A stretch of 64,000 nucleotides of DNA from the NCBI GenBank assembly GCA_964429815.1, contig CAYSCM010000001.1, forward strand, positions 1-64,000, read 5' to 3'. Both the position numbers and the translations under genes were made by a program. Position 1 is the first letter of the stretch. Each line of letters starts with the position of its first letter. Below, one piece after another: positions 36,432 to 47,233 of the stretch. Below the pieces are notes generated by a model, which was not told the origin of the DNA, did no database searches, and was given only the letters and a program-made list of their open reading frames with translations. The DNA is from an uncultured Candidatus Saccharibacteria bacterium (GTDB lineage: Bacteria > Patescibacteriota > Minisyncoccia > Phycocordibacterales > CAYSCM01).

Positions 36432-37394
36432 ATGAAGATAGTACGGTGGTCCATACCCAAGCACCTCGATCTGTCGATTGAGATTTCCGGTAGAGAACAT
36501 ATGGCACAGGGAGAAAAGATGGGGTCTACGAAAGCCTTGGATGTCCTGCGCGGAATAACCTTCAGCGGCTCAGCGCCGGCGATACAGTTTGCCGATGTCG
36601 AGTCTTTATTTTCCTTTGTAGAAAAAAAATTTTTACATAAGACATTTGCGGGAGTCGGCATCGAAGTCGGCGCGGGGCCGATGATATTTAGCTCGCTCCT
36701 TACGCGCTCACGACCAAACATTCAACAGATGTATGGAATCGAACTAAGTGGCGGTATCGTAGAATTCATTGCCCCGGGAGTGGTTGATGAATTGCTGGGA
36801 CCCAAGAGTGAAAAGGTAGTCGGGGTCATCGGCAGTTTCGACGCGATGGAGCTTACAAGCGAGAGTGTCGATTTTGTTCTTGATTTTATGTCGCTTCACC
36901 ATGCGACCGACCTCGGAGAGGCGTTCGCCGAATGCTACCGGGTGCTAAAACCAGGCGGCTTCGTTGTTCTTTTTGACAAGGCTCGCCCCGATTCCTTCAC
37001 CTCTCAAGACCTGGAGGGATTGCTCAATACCGAGTACAGCGATGAAGAGAAAAAACGCTTTGGGGTGCCTTCCGGCGAACACTTTACACGCCGGATGAAC
37101 GGGGAAAAAGAATACCGGCTTAAAGATTGGTCGGCGGGGGCCTTAGAGGCCGGTTTCCCGACCCTTATGCATTGGCGACTCGCGCGCACCAACGTGCCGG
37201 GTATCTCAGGATTGTACCGACGTTTGCTTTCTCATGTGCCGCTACGCACCCAGATGGCTACTACCGCTATTGCACAAAGCGTACTGGGCAGCGGCTCAAG
37301 AGTGAAGTTTTCACAAAAAAATTTGGTGTACTCGCGGTACGTGAACCCCTTCCCCCGCGAGATCTCGCTCATGATCGCGCACAAGGCTTACTAA
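36432..37394 (+). CDS. Class I SAM-dependent methyltransferase
   Basis: GIEVGAGPM (motif I), VLKPGGFVVL. Confidence 0.75.
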   Translation: MKIVRWSIPKHLDLSIEISGREHMAQGEKMGSTKALDVLRGITFSGSAPAIQFADVESLFSFVEKKFLHKTFAGVGIEVGAGPMIFSSLLTRSRPNIQQMYGIELSGGIVEFIAPGVVDELLGPKSEKVVGVIGSFDAMELTSESVDFVLDFMSLHHATDLGEAFAECYRVLKPGGFVVLFDKARPDSFTSQDLEGLLNTEYSDEEKKRFGVPSGEHFTRRMNGEKEYRLKDWSAGALEAGFPTLMHWRLARTNVPGISGLYRRLLSHVPLRTQMATTAIAQSVLGSGSRVKFSQKNLVYSRYVNPFPREISLMIAHKAY

Positions 37395-38299
37395 CTTCTC
37401 CACGCGCTCAGGTCGCGCCCGGTAAATGCCTCGAGTTTTTGCAGTTCGGGTTCATAGCGAGCGCGGAGGGCTTCTTTGAGCTTCGGGTCGAGCGTCCCGT
37501 AGCTAGCTTCCCCGGTCCCCGCCCTCGTGTCGATGGAGCGCACTACTTTTTGGTGGAGCGGCGTTTTGCGGAAGAGGGAGAGGAGGGGCTCTCCGAATGG
37601 CAGGGCTTTGAGTAGCTTCCGCGCCCTGAGCGCGTGTCTGCGCAAGAGTGTCGCTCCGGCGGAATTTATGGTCGTGGCGAGCGAGGGCGGCACGAACGAG
37701 GCATCGACGCCGATGAAAGAAAAGATATCTCTCATATATTTTTTTGGGTCGGCACGCATATCGTCATAGAACGTAATGAGTATCTGGTCGCGGGAAAATA
37801 CCTTGAGATAATTTTCGAGGTGCTTCATATAGAAGCTCTCCTCGATAAACGACGGTTTAGTTTTAATAATTTCCTCAAGGGTTGGGAGCTCATGTGCGCC
37901 CTTTAGCTTCGTGTACATGTAGTGGGAAAAAAAGCGCTCCGTAGGGTTTCGCAATACCGCAATGATCTTCGCTTTAGGAAAATGTGTACGGAGGCGCTCC
38001 GGCACCTCGGGTGCGTGAATATAGATAGGAGTGACTTCTCCGTATACCCTCTTCCCTACACAGTGACCAAAATGTTCAAAATACCCTTCGAGAGCGCCGT
38101 TGTATTTTGTTTTCCCCACCAAATCAGTGCGCCAGAAACTTTGCGTCGTGTTAAAAAAGTTGAGCTCTTTGGGTTCGGAAACACAGACCTCGGGGTGCTC
38201 TTTGAGACATTGGTGGAGCCAGGTGGTGCCCGTCCGCTCCGGACCAATCACGAAGAAATCAATGGAAAAAGGCTTTGCTGTAGATGAAATGGTACTCAT
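37391..38299 (-). CDS. Sulfotransferase (PAPS-dependent)
   Basis: 5'-PSB-like VIGPERTGTTWL and 3'-PB-like IIAVLRNPTERFFSHY motifs. Confidence 0.8.
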   Translation of the reverse strand: MSTISSTAKPFSIDFFVIGPERTGTTWLHQCLKEHPEVCVSEPKELNFFNTTQSFWRTDLVGKTKYNGALEGYFEHFGHCVGKRVYGEVTPIYIHAPEVPERLRTHFPKAKIIAVLRNPTERFFSHYMYTKLKGAHELPTLEEIIKTKPSFIEESFYMKHLENYLKVFSRDQILITFYDDMRADPKKYMRDIFSFIGVDASFVPPSLATTINSAGATLLRRHALRARKLLKALPFGEPLLSLFRKTPLHQKVVRSIDTRAGTGEASYGTLDPKLKEALRARYEPELQKLEAFTGRDLSAWRS

Positions 38300-38931
38300 G
38301 AGGCCGTCGGGATGGATTCCTTGTCGCGGTTTGAGAAAAACAGGTAGTCGACGATGGCGTGGAAGAAAACCGCGTGAAGCGCCTCAACGGGACCGTAGGC
38401 ACCTTTTCCTGTCTCAATGATTATCTTGTGGTGACAGAGGCTCTTCGCTTTGCCTCCGTCAAAACCAAGAACGCCTATCGCCGTGCCGCCCTTAGCGCAT
38501 ATGTACTCGATCGCGCGAAGCACATTGGGGGAATTGCCACTTGCGGAAATGACGATGAGCACATCGTCGGGACGAAAAATGTGCTTAAGCTGGTCCGCAA
38601 AAACGTTCTCGTAGCCGACATCGTTCCCGAGCGCCGTCACGGCGGCGATATTGTTGAGCGCGTGAATACGAAACGGCTTTTCTTCCGTACCACCCCCGTT
38701 CGTGGTGAGATCGGCCGCAAAGTGAGCCGCCATGGCAGCGCTCCCCCCGTTGCCGGCGATGTAGATCGTAGAGCCCCTCTCCCGGGCCTTTTGAAGCACG
38801 TCGATAATCTCCTCGACCGCTTTGGAATCTACGGCGGAAGCAAGCTCGAAGGCATGCGCAAGATACCCTTCCATAAATTCGGGTACCGATCCTTTTGTCT
38901 TTTGATAGATGGTATCGACGTGTCCTCTCAT
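38296..38931 (-). CDS. gmhA: SIS-domain phosphoheptose isomerase (GmhA-like)
   Basis: 211 aa; IYIAGNGGSAAMAAHFAADL, VLIVISASGNSPNVL. Confidence 0.75.
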   Translation of the reverse strand: MRGHVDTIYQKTKGSVPEFMEGYLAHAFELASAVDSKAVEEIIDVLQKARERGSTIYIAGNGGSAAMAAHFAADLTTNGGGTEEKPFRIHALNNIAAVTALGNDVGYENVFADQLKHIFRPDDVLIVISASGNSPNVLRAIEYICAKGGTAIGVLGFDGGKAKSLCHHKIIIETGKGAYGPVEALHAVFFHAIVDYLFFSNRDKESIPTAS

Positions 38932-39932
38932 AGCGTTGTGAGCACCCCGCGGATGAGCTTCCCTTCCTCGAGGTCTTTGAGGGCGGCTCCTATCTCGTCG
39001 AAGGAATACTCTTTCGTAAGTAACTTATCCAAGCACATGACCTTCGGGTTTTCAACGTATTCACGCGCGTAGCGAGGAATGTCGCGGTCGAGCTCGCTCT
39101 CTCCGCCCCAGGTGCCGTAAAGCTTTTTGCCCTTGATGAGCCCGAAAGGGTTGATCGATATGGTTTCCCCGGGCGCAAGGTTTCCTGCAATAACGACGGT
39201 CCCGGCGTCCTTGACCGCGCGGTAGGCGCTCTCCATGGCGCCCTTGTTTCCCGAACACTCGACGGCCACATCGAAATCCTTTCCCTGAAACTCTTCGGCA
39301 GAGATCGCTTCATCGACGCCGAGCTCCTTTTTCGCATGCGCGAGCTTCCACGGAACGACGTCGATCGCGGTAACGTGAGCACCCTTCATGACGGCTCGAA
39401 TGAGTGCACTCGCTCCGATCCCCCCGATGCCGAATATAACCACTCGTTTGCCGTTGAGGTCTCCTAGGCGGTCGATGATACCCATGCCGGTCGGCACCGC
39501 GCACCCAAGAAGTGCCGCAATCGCGGGCTCCACCCCTTTTGACACCTTGGTGACACGATTCTCTGAGACGACCGCAAGCTCGGTAAACGTCGCCACGGAG
39601 CCACCGTTTACCTTCCCTTCTTTGCTTTGATACGTCGGCACCGGAGCGGATATACCCTCTCCAAGGATCCAACTTGCAACCACATAATCTCCGCTCCTTA
39701 CTTTCTGCACGCCTTCTCCGGCCGCGACCACCTCCGCTGCGGCTTCATGTCCCAATAAGTGGGGAATATATTCCGCTCCTTTCCTGCCGCGGATTTCATT
39801 GAGTTGGCTGTGGCAAAGTCCTGTCGCTAGCACTTTAATAAGTACCTGCCCCTTTTGAAGGGAGGGAACCTCAAGCTCCTCGATGGAGAGCGGTCCACCG
39901 ACGACGCGGAGTACTGCAGCGCGCGTTTTCAT
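38928..39932 (-). CDS. Zinc-binding alcohol dehydrogenase family (MDR) oxidoreductase
   Basis: GLCHSQLNEIRG...GHEAAAEVVAAGEGV; GxGxxG NAD site; start at MKTRAAVL. Confidence 0.85.
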   Translation of the reverse strand: MKTRAAVLRVVGGPLSIEELEVPSLQKGQVLIKVLATGLCHSQLNEIRGRKGAEYIPHLLGHEAAAEVVAAGEGVQKVRSGDYVVASWILGEGISAPVPTYQSKEGKVNGGSVATFTELAVVSENRVTKVSKGVEPAIAALLGCAVPTGMGIIDRLGDLNGKRVVIFGIGGIGASALIRAVMKGAHVTAIDVVPWKLAHAKKELGVDEAISAEEFQGKDFDVAVECSGNKGAMESAYRAVKDAGTVVIAGNLAPGETISINPFGLIKGKKLYGTWGGESELDRDIPRYAREYVENPKVMCLDKLLTKEYSFDEIGAALKDLEEGKLIRGVLTTL

Positions 39933-39933
39933 G

Positions 39934-40587
39934 CTAGGGGATAAACCAGTAGTAGTCACCCGTGTAGCCGACCTCGGCGAAGAGTTTTTTCCAATCATCG
40001 ACAGATAGGATGGTCTTTGCAGTAAGATTCCACTTCATCATGCGATCCTTCTCTTCTTCATGGTGGTAGGCGTCGACGGTAATGAACGAGTGTTTTCCTT
40101 TCACACGCTCAATCTCTCGAAGAGCCTCTTTACACTCAGGCAGTGGTAGGTTGTGAATGGTGTTAATCGAAATCACGAGATCGTAGGATTTATCCGCAAA
40201 TTGACTAAGATTTCTTGCATCTCCAACCGATACTGCGCCCGCAATTGAGGGCATGGCATTTTCGATAGCGTAGGAGGAAACATCAATACCGCGAACCACC
40301 ATGTGGGGAAGCCAATAGAGAAAATCATTAAGCATAAATCCCTTAGCACACCCGACATCAAGTACCGAAGAGTTGTTGTTGAGTCCGTAGTAATTTATGA
40401 AATCCCGAACCACCGGTACCCACCTCCCATCATAGCGGAAGCCGCCGTAGCCCTGATCCCTGGTGCCATCAAAAAACTCCCTGCCAAACTTTCGGGCAGT
40501 AGCAACATCCTCAGGAGACTTTTGTCCTCGAGCTTCAATGTTGCGTTTGGCTTTTGGATATTTCGAAAGAAGATCGATTTCTGCCAT
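39934..40587 (-). CDS. Class I SAM-dependent methyltransferase
   Basis: VLDVGCAKGFMLN, DLVISINTIHNL. Confidence 0.75.
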   Translation of the reverse strand: MAEIDLLSKYPKAKRNIEARGQKSPEDVATARKFGREFFDGTRDQGYGGFRYDGRWVPVVRDFINYYGLNNNSSVLDVGCAKGFMLNDFLYWLPHMVVRGIDVSSYAIENAMPSIAGAVSVGDARNLSQFADKSYDLVISINTIHNLPLPECKEALREIERVKGKHSFITVDAYHHEEEKDRMMKWNLTAKTILSVDDWKKLFAEVGYTGDYYWFIP

Positions 40588-40596
40588 AGTGGTTGG

Positions 40597-42366
40597 TTAT
40601 TTTTTTTCGGGAAGAAGCTTAACCATCATGTTGTCATTGAACTCTTTTCTTGCAAGTAGCGGCTCGGGATCCTCGAGCGGCCGACCGAACTTTACCTGCG
40701 GGATTACGCGGTGCTTCGGGTTAATCTCGATGTTACAAAACACAGGCCCCCTCATCGCGAGCACCTTCTTAACTCCCCCGCTCAACTCGCGGTTCTTCTT
40801 GATCGTAATGGTTTTGAAGCCAAAGGAGGAAGCAATTTTGGCAAAGTCTGGGAACGCAAGTCCTCCCCCTTCCGAAGACGCAAGATACGCCGAATTAAAC
40901 CACTGATCTTGAGTCTGCTGTATCATACTGTAGCCGTGGTTATTCAATACAAAAATCTTGATCGGAAGTTTGTGCTTGAGAAGGGTACTTAACTCTTGCA
41001 AATTCATTTGGAGTGAACCATCTCCGGTTACACAAATAATTGATTTCTTGTTAAGCGCCAGGCTTACCCCAATGCTCGCCGGCAAAGCCCACCCCATCGC
41101 GGTGTTGTTCCAATCGTGGTAAAGACGCTGACCTTTCTTGAAGGAAAATCCCTGCATCATCCATGCGACCGTGCAGCCGGTATCAATGACCATTACTTCG
41201 TTCTGACGCGTGTAGCGAGAGAGCTCCTCAACAAATACATACGGATTGACCCCTTTCTCTTTGTAGTACGCGGGTGGGCACATGGGATATTTTTTCTTCC
41301 ATGCGGCAATACGTCTAAGCCAGGGTGAGATGTCGTTTTTTGGCAAACGTGCGGCGTGCTTTTGAAATGCCTTCAGCAGCTCTTTTGCGTCACCGGAGAT
41401 ACGCACATCGACTTTCAGGCCAAATTTTTTAAACTTCTTAAGTTCGTAGGGGTCAATATCGATGACTATCTTTTTTGCCTCTCGCGCAAACGTGTTGGGA
41501 GGACTACCCGTCGATTTGGTATCAAGACGGCTTCCGATTGAGAGGATCATGTCAGCGTTCTGGACGGCAAAATTGGCAAACCGCGTGCCGTGAGTGCCAA
41601 AGGTGCCGATGCGAAGTGGATGACTCTCTGGCAGGAGATCCCCTGCCCCCCATGTGAGTGCCGCAGGAAAGCCGAGTGTTTCCAAAAGTGAGATGGCCTC
41701 TTTTTCGGCCCCCGCGAGGTGGATTCCCCACCCAAACACAACGACGGGGCGCTTCGCCTGCCGTAGATAGTTTATGCTTCGAGCTACATCAACCGGCGCT
41801 TTCTTCTTCTCGACGGAGGGTGTAAACGAGGGAAGCTCTCCTGGATTAATTTCTCTGCGCTGAATGTCGTCGGGAATATCGAGCACTACGGGTCCTGGCC
41901 TACCACTTCGCGCCAGAAAGATCGCTTTCTCAAGCTCGTAGCGTATGCGCCTCTCATCGGTGATGAGTATCGCGTACTTAGTGATAGGACGATACATTTC
42001 GACCGTTGCCGTTTCTTGAAAACCCACTTGCCGCACGTTGGTATGACCTTTCATCCTAAAGGTGGCTACTTGGCCGGTAATAAATATGACGGGTACCGAA
42101 TCGTAGTAGGCGGAGCACACTCCCGTGATCATGTTCGTAGCACCTGGCCCTGAGGTGGACATCGCTACACCGAGGCCACCCGTGGCCCTCGCGTACCCGT
42201 CGGCAGCCATTGCCCCCGCTTGCTCGTGTCCTGGACAGATGACCTCCATTCCCCCCGTGCGCGCCACCGAATGAATAAGGTGAAGGGATGCTCCGCCGGA
42301 GATGGCAAAGACATGCTTCACCCCTTCTTTGCGGAGAACCTGTGCTACGTAGTCGGTGAGCTTCAT
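40597..42366 (-). CDS. Thiamine-pyrophosphate enzyme, acetolactate-synthase-large-subunit-like (YerE-type candidate)
   Basis: 589 aa; N-terminal Pyr domain, central domain, C-terminal PP domain GDGSLQMNLQELST. Confidence 0.88.
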   Translation of the reverse strand: MKLTDYVAQVLRKEGVKHVFAISGGASLHLIHSVARTGGMEVICPGHEQAGAMAADGYARATGGLGVAMSTSGPGATNMITGVCSAYYDSVPVIFITGQVATFRMKGHTNVRQVGFQETATVEMYRPITKYAILITDERRIRYELEKAIFLARSGRPGPVVLDIPDDIQRREINPGELPSFTPSVEKKKAPVDVARSINYLRQAKRPVVVFGWGIHLAGAEKEAISLLETLGFPAALTWGAGDLLPESHPLRIGTFGTHGTRFANFAVQNADMILSIGSRLDTKSTGSPPNTFAREAKKIVIDIDPYELKKFKKFGLKVDVRISGDAKELLKAFQKHAARLPKNDISPWLRRIAAWKKKYPMCPPAYYKEKGVNPYVFVEELSRYTRQNEVMVIDTGCTVAWMMQGFSFKKGQRLYHDWNNTAMGWALPASIGVSLALNKKSIICVTGDGSLQMNLQELSTLLKHKLPIKIFVLNNHGYSMIQQTQDQWFNSAYLASSEGGGLAFPDFAKIASSFGFKTITIKKNRELSGGVKKVLAMRGPVFCNIEINPKHRVIPQVKFGRPLEDPEPLLARKEFNDNMMVKLLPEKK

Positions 42367-42370
42367 GGCG

Positions 42371-43228
42371 CTACCAGGGCATCTGCTCCTTAACGCTTAT
42401 AAAGAGTGTCCCGTCACGGTAGCTCTCGGGCATATCGCCGGCTTTTGTGACAAGTCCCCACCCTATCTTCTGCGAGAACAAATTGACGCCGGAGCCTGTA
42501 AAGTGCTTGAAAATGTGCTTGGCATTCTCCGCGGTCCCAACCTCGACCAGGCCGTCACAGCTCTCCCAATCGGAAGCTTCGGTCGAGAGGAGTACTTCCT
42601 TCTCGTGCCCTTCGACGTCCATTTTGATGAGATCAGCGCCGGCGAGAATCGGCCCGAACGCTTCGAGCTCCACGGAGAACATTTCCCGATCCCCGTAGAC
42701 GTCGTGCTTTGCTCCCGAGAGGTGACTCCCCGTAGTGTTGCCGAGCACTCGGGTAAAATCTGCTGAACCCGAGCGACTTGAGACGGCGCTGTTGTGAAGG
42801 CTGGCAGAATTACATCCGTTACGCGCAAGATTTTTTTTGAGGATATCGAAATGAACCGGATCGGGCTCGTAGGAGGAAACCTTAAAACCACAACGACAAA
42901 GGATAATCGAGTGAAGTCCAATATTTGCTCCGAGGTCTACAACGCTCGTATAGCGATTGCGATTGCGCCAGTAAAAACTGAAAATAACGAGTTCATTGAG
43001 GTCAAAGAGATTCCGCGAATCGACATTACCCATGTTGTGGTATGGAAACGAGATATCTCCAAATGGCGGAAAGTGGACCGACTCTTTTGAATCAACGGGA
43101 AAGAGCCTCTCCACTTCCTTCCGAGCTTTGGCGGCACGTTCTTTGAATGGCGCGCTTGTCGGAGTATGAGAGGGTAATTCCTGCGGGAGCGTGGCAAAGA
43201 TATTCTCCAAAAAAGCCGAGGATTCCAT
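42371..43228 (-). CDS. FkbM-family methyltransferase
   Basis: VVDLGANIGLHS, IKMDVEGHEKEVL. Confidence 0.8.
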   Translation of the reverse strand: MESSAFLENIFATLPQELPSHTPTSAPFKERAAKARKEVERLFPVDSKESVHFPPFGDISFPYHNMGNVDSRNLFDLNELVIFSFYWRNRNRYTSVVDLGANIGLHSIILCRCGFKVSSYEPDPVHFDILKKNLARNGCNSASLHNSAVSSRSGSADFTRVLGNTTGSHLSGAKHDVYGDREMFSVELEAFGPILAGADLIKMDVEGHEKEVLLSTEASDWESCDGLVEVGTAENAKHIFKHFTGSGVNLFSQKIGWGLVTKAGDMPESYRDGTLFISVKEQMPW

Positions 43229-43244
43229 GACGGGAGATACCCTA

Positions 43245-44042
43245 TCAGATTTTTCGTAATTTTAATAGCTCGGGGTCACGCGCGAGCGTTTTTGAAAAGC
43301 GCGCGCTCCCCCACGCGTCATAGACAACGTGTACATCTCTTCCCCCGACTACCTTTTTTGCTGACCCAATGACCCAGTCGAGACAGTCGAGAACTCGCTC
43401 CATGGGTATAAAGTCCCCGCGCGCTAGCTTTTTCCTTGTTCGAGCATACGTATCGCCCGCGCGCCTGCCGGCGGTGATAGTCTCCTGATGGATTTTGCTG
43501 CGCACCCAACCGGGGCCTATGGTGACGAAGCGAGCATCGTTCAGCTCCGCGTCGAGGATTTCAAACATTTTTATGGTCGCTATCTTTGAAACGGTATACG
43601 CCGAGAAATTGCGTGGTGCGTTGTTCGTCCCCCCACCAGAAAATGAAATTATGCAGGGTTTTTTGGATTTCGAACGTCTGGGCAGAAGTCCGTGGATGAT
43701 GCCCATGTGAGAAAGAAAATTGAGGCGAATTGATTTTTCCCAGTCTCCGAAAGAAACGCGTTGAAAAGCTCCTATGGGCGTAAGGGTCGCCGGAGCCAGT
43801 ACAAGAACGTCCCAGGCCACCGCGAGGCTCCGCAACGTACGTAGCGCCCTATGTACAGAGGCAGGTCGAGCGACGTCACAGTGTATAAGGTGTGCGCCAA
43901 GTTTTTGCAATCCTTCTGTGGTGTGGCTGCCGGTTCTATACGTGCCGAAAACCGCCCAGCCGCGGTTTAAGTATCTTCGAGCTATGGCGGTGCCGATATC
44001 GCTTGAAATGCCGACGATGATTATTGAGCCAGTTTTTTTCAT
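43245..44042 (-). CDS. Short-chain dehydrogenase/reductase (SDR)
   Basis: IIIVGISSDIGTAIARRYLNRGWAV; YxxxK region. Confidence 0.8.
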   Translation of the reverse strand: MKKTGSIIIVGISSDIGTAIARRYLNRGWAVFGTYRTGSHTTEGLQKLGAHLIHCDVARPASVHRALRTLRSLAVAWDVLVLAPATLTPIGAFQRVSFGDWEKSIRLNFLSHMGIIHGLLPRRSKSKKPCIISFSGGGTNNAPRNFSAYTVSKIATIKMFEILDAELNDARFVTIGPGWVRSKIHQETITAGRRAGDTYARTRKKLARGDFIPMERVLDCLDWVIGSAKKVVGGRDVHVVYDAWGSARFSKTLARDPELLKLRKI

Positions 44043-44215
44043 GACGCGCTCTTTTGGTTGATGACGCTCGCGTTTTTCACGAATATGCCTATACTACACT
44101 ACTGCGCCACCGCAGGTTTCCAACCTACAAAACGCAGTGGAAAAGAAAAATTAATGGGTACGGTGAATTACAACGGGTCGAAACTTGACCCGTCTCTGGT
44201 AGAGTTGTACAGAAC

Positions 44216-45496
44216 ATGCGCCAAAAATTGAGCACCCTTGTCGAAAAACTGACGGTCGCGACCGGCATAAACTTTTCCTACCTCCTGCGCGGAGGGTCCT
44301 GGGCGTTTTCCGAGCAGGTGGTTACCAACGCCATCTCCCTCCTCCAGGCCATCGCGTTTGCCAACCTTATCTCTCCGCAGACGTATGGAGTGTTTAGTGT
44401 CGTGCAATCGTGGATAGGCATTCTCGTTACGTTCGCGCTCGGGAGCCTTCCAAACGCGCTTATAAAAAGCGTTGCGGAAGGCAACGACGGGGAGCTCAAA
44501 CGCGGATTTCTCCTCAAGCTTAAGTATGCTCCCCTTGCCTCTCTGCTCGGGCTCGGATTCTCCTTCTACTATCTATTTATAGGGAACAATACGACCCTCG
44601 CTTACTCGTTTCTCATTGCTTCGTTTTGCATGCCGCTTTACGTAGCGCTTCCGCAGGTCACGTTCTTCCTGTTCGCCAAGGGAGCATTTCTCGATAAGTT
44701 CATCGTGCAAGTGAGCGTTAGTCTTGCTTCGCTGGCAGGAATGACTATTTCAATGCTCTATTTCGGTTCTGTTCCATACCTGATGCTCGCCTACTTCATT
44801 CCACCGATCATCGTGAACGGCATCTTTTTTTGGCGCACGCTGCGCACCAAGGTTCATAATGCCAAGACCGGCGCGAACACGGAGCGGTTTGCGCTCCACC
44901 TTACGGGCATGAGTCTTCTTGGTTCGATAACCAAAAACATCGACCAACTCCTCATGTTCCACTTCAGCGGCGCAGTTCAGCTCGCGGTATATAAATTTGC
45001 CTTGATTCCCATACGAAAGCTGGAGACCTTTTTCCAGATCATCCTCGATCTGCTCCTCCCGCGATTTGCCAAGAGAGAGTACCGCGAGATTTACCAGGGG
45101 TTCGACAGAAAGCTCCTCCTTTCAGGCGCTTTTTCGTTGACGGTCGTGGCTGTTTATTTTTTCAGCATCCCCTACCTCTACAAGCTCTTTTTCCCGAAAT
45201 ACACCGACGCGGTGATATACTCGCGACTCCTTTCCCTGCTGTTTTTGTTTGGCCCTCTCTCATACGTTCAGCAGCTTTGGCTTGCGAAGGCGGAAACTAA
45301 ACGTCTCTATTTTTTAAAAATTCTCGGTGATTCCACCCGGATCTCACTTCATGTCGCGCTTATTCCCGTATTTGGGATCGCCGGTGCAGTGGGAAGCCGG
45401 ATGGTCGCATCCTCCTTTGTCAGCACCGCGGCATTCATTTTATTTTTGAAGGATAGGAGACGGTACGGTAAAGGCTCGAAGCGCCAATCGCAGTAA
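44216..45496 (+). CDS. Polysaccharide biosynthesis protein / Wzx-like oligosaccharide flippase (MOP superfamily)
   Basis: 426 aa, about 12 TM helices. Confidence 0.8.
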   Translation: MRQKLSTLVEKLTVATGINFSYLLRGGSWAFSEQVVTNAISLLQAIAFANLISPQTYGVFSVVQSWIGILVTFALGSLPNALIKSVAEGNDGELKRGFLLKLKYAPLASLLGLGFSFYYLFIGNNTTLAYSFLIASFCMPLYVALPQVTFFLFAKGAFLDKFIVQVSVSLASLAGMTISMLYFGSVPYLMLAYFIPPIIVNGIFFWRTLRTKVHNAKTGANTERFALHLTGMSLLGSITKNIDQLLMFHFSGAVQLAVYKFALIPIRKLETFFQIILDLLLPRFAKREYREIYQGFDRKLLLSGAFSLTVVAVYFFSIPYLYKLFFPKYTDAVIYSRLLSLLFLFGPLSYVQQLWLAKAETKRLYFLKILGDSTRISLHVALIPVFGIAGAVGSRMVASSFVSTAAFILFLKDRRRYGKGSKRQSQ

Positions 45497-45508
45497 AAAA
45501 CCTTACTA

Positions 45509-46732
45509 TCACGCGCTCCCGCGGGGAGCGAGGGTGTGCGGCCAGGTAAGTACGCCAAGATCTGCCTCCTCGATGTTCTCTTTCCATTTTCGCATATCCG
45601 AAACCGAGATAAGATGTGCAAATTCCTTTTTCAGGGTTTCGAGTGTTTCCTGTTCCCAGGAAACTTTCTGAAATGCTTGTCGTTGCCACGGAAACGAGTC
45701 ACCTTCCTTGAGCCAGCTGTAGTTGTTGGCGACGTCGGGCATCACGAAACTGGACGCAAAGTACGCTATATCATCCCGCAAAAAGGCCCACGAGAGAGGG
45801 CCACTCGAGACGCACAGGTAAAAGAGCGCGCGCTGTACTAGGGCTAGATCCTGCTCGCTGTTCGTCCCATAGTCTTTGGTAAAGATAACGTTTGGCCCGC
45901 GCAGCGCTTCATTGATCTCGGCTCCCCTGCCTAAAATAATGAAGGTGCACTCGGGATACTGCTTCGAACAGTACCTAAAAAATTCTCGCCAGACTTTCGG
46001 TTTAGCGTTTCGGTGCGAGGCAAAAAAGGGATTGCTGCGCAGGCTGACCGCTACGGCGTATCCAGGCGCATGTTTTTTGATAAATGCTCGTGCCCACGCA
46101 TCAGTGAGGGCGGGTATCTTCAGCTTCGGTAGAGATCCGTACCGCTCGTAGAATTCCTTGAAAAACAAGTAGCCACGACGGTAGGGAGAATTGCTATTTA
46201 CGTAGTCAAAAAGAGATGGGGTGAGGATATACTTTCCCCGGCGCTCAGCGAGAAAAGACTCGAATTCATCCCTGGAATCGAAAATGTGGACCGACCCCAA
46301 CTTTGGATTGGTACGCAAAACAGGAAAAATCTCAATGAAGTGGAGCGGGACATTTTCTTTGGTGATCCAACCCGCATATTTAGAATGTCGACTAGGTCTT
46401 TCTCTGTCGTATACAAAAGCGTAGTCGATCTTTTCAACTTCATGGATGTGGGCCTCGCATAGCGTCCTGATCTGGTGCTCGATCAGTATCCCAAATGAGA
46501 CATCGGTGGTGAGAAAATCATTAATGCCCAGAATCCTTCGATCATTTCGCTCGTGGCGACGCAGAACGTAGCGGGCATAGCGCATCGAACCAACAATGCC
46601 TCGACGATACCAACGTTCATACACGCGATACGTCAAAAAATTGACTGCGACATCAAAGGCGGGTACCAAAAAGGGGGGCAGCATTTTTCGAAAATGCACA
46701 ACCGCAGGTTTCTTGTTGAGTGCGCGCAACAT
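45509..46732 (-). CDS. Hypothetical protein (possible glycosyltransferase-like)
   Basis: 407 aa; no confident motif. Confidence 0.45.
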   Translation of the reverse strand: MLRALNKKPAVVHFRKMLPPFLVPAFDVAVNFLTYRVYERWYRRGIVGSMRYARYVLRRHERNDRRILGINDFLTTDVSFGILIEHQIRTLCEAHIHEVEKIDYAFVYDRERPSRHSKYAGWITKENVPLHFIEIFPVLRTNPKLGSVHIFDSRDEFESFLAERRGKYILTPSLFDYVNSNSPYRRGYLFFKEFYERYGSLPKLKIPALTDAWARAFIKKHAPGYAVAVSLRSNPFFASHRNAKPKVWREFFRYCSKQYPECTFIILGRGAEINEALRGPNVIFTKDYGTNSEQDLALVQRALFYLCVSSGPLSWAFLRDDIAYFASSFVMPDVANNYSWLKEGDSFPWQRQAFQKVSWEQETLETLKKEFAHLISVSDMRKWKENIEEADLGVLTWPHTLAPRGSA

Positions 46733-46733
46733 G

Positions 46734-47231
46734 TTAGCGTCGGTAGGTTGAATTTTTTTTGATTGCCGTAATGATATCGCGTGTGCTTAATTTTTTGTCT
46801 TTCGTAAAGGTAATCCTGCAACCCACCTTCTGAGCGCTTTGTATTTCCTCTGCGAAATCTTTATTCGGCGGGATACCGCGGTAATCGGGACCGCGCACAT
46901 ACAGGTCCGGCTTGAGAGCACGTATGAATCTTGATCCATTGTTAGCATCATTAATGAACACGAAATCAACCGGGCGAAGCTGCGAGAGCATGTAGGCCCG
47001 CATATGCTCGGTGAACACCGGGCGGCCGATACCTTTTTGTCTTCGTACCTGTTTATCACTTGCGATCGCAACCACGAGCACATCACAGAGGCGCTTTGCG
47101 GATTCAAAATGCATCGCATGCCCGGGGTGGAGCAGATCATAGTTGCCGTTACAAAAACCGATGATCTTCCCCTCCTTTTTACGTCGAGCAAGTATGGGAC
47201 GAAGCTGCTGAAAGGAGATGATGCGTGCCAT
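46734..47231 (-). CDS. Cytidylyltransferase-like nucleotidyltransferase (heptose-1-P adenylyltransferase / RfaE domain II-like), second copy
   Basis: IIGFCNGNYDLLHPGHAMHFESAKRL, ASDKQVRRQKGIGRP. Confidence 0.7.
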   Translation of the reverse strand: MARIISFQQLRPILARRKKEGKIIGFCNGNYDLLHPGHAMHFESAKRLCDVLVVAIASDKQVRRQKGIGRPVFTEHMRAYMLSQLRPVDFVFINDANNGSRFIRALKPDLYVRGPDYRGIPPNKDFAEEIQSAQKVGCRITFTKDKKLSTRDIITAIKKNSTYRR

Positions 47232-47233
47232 AG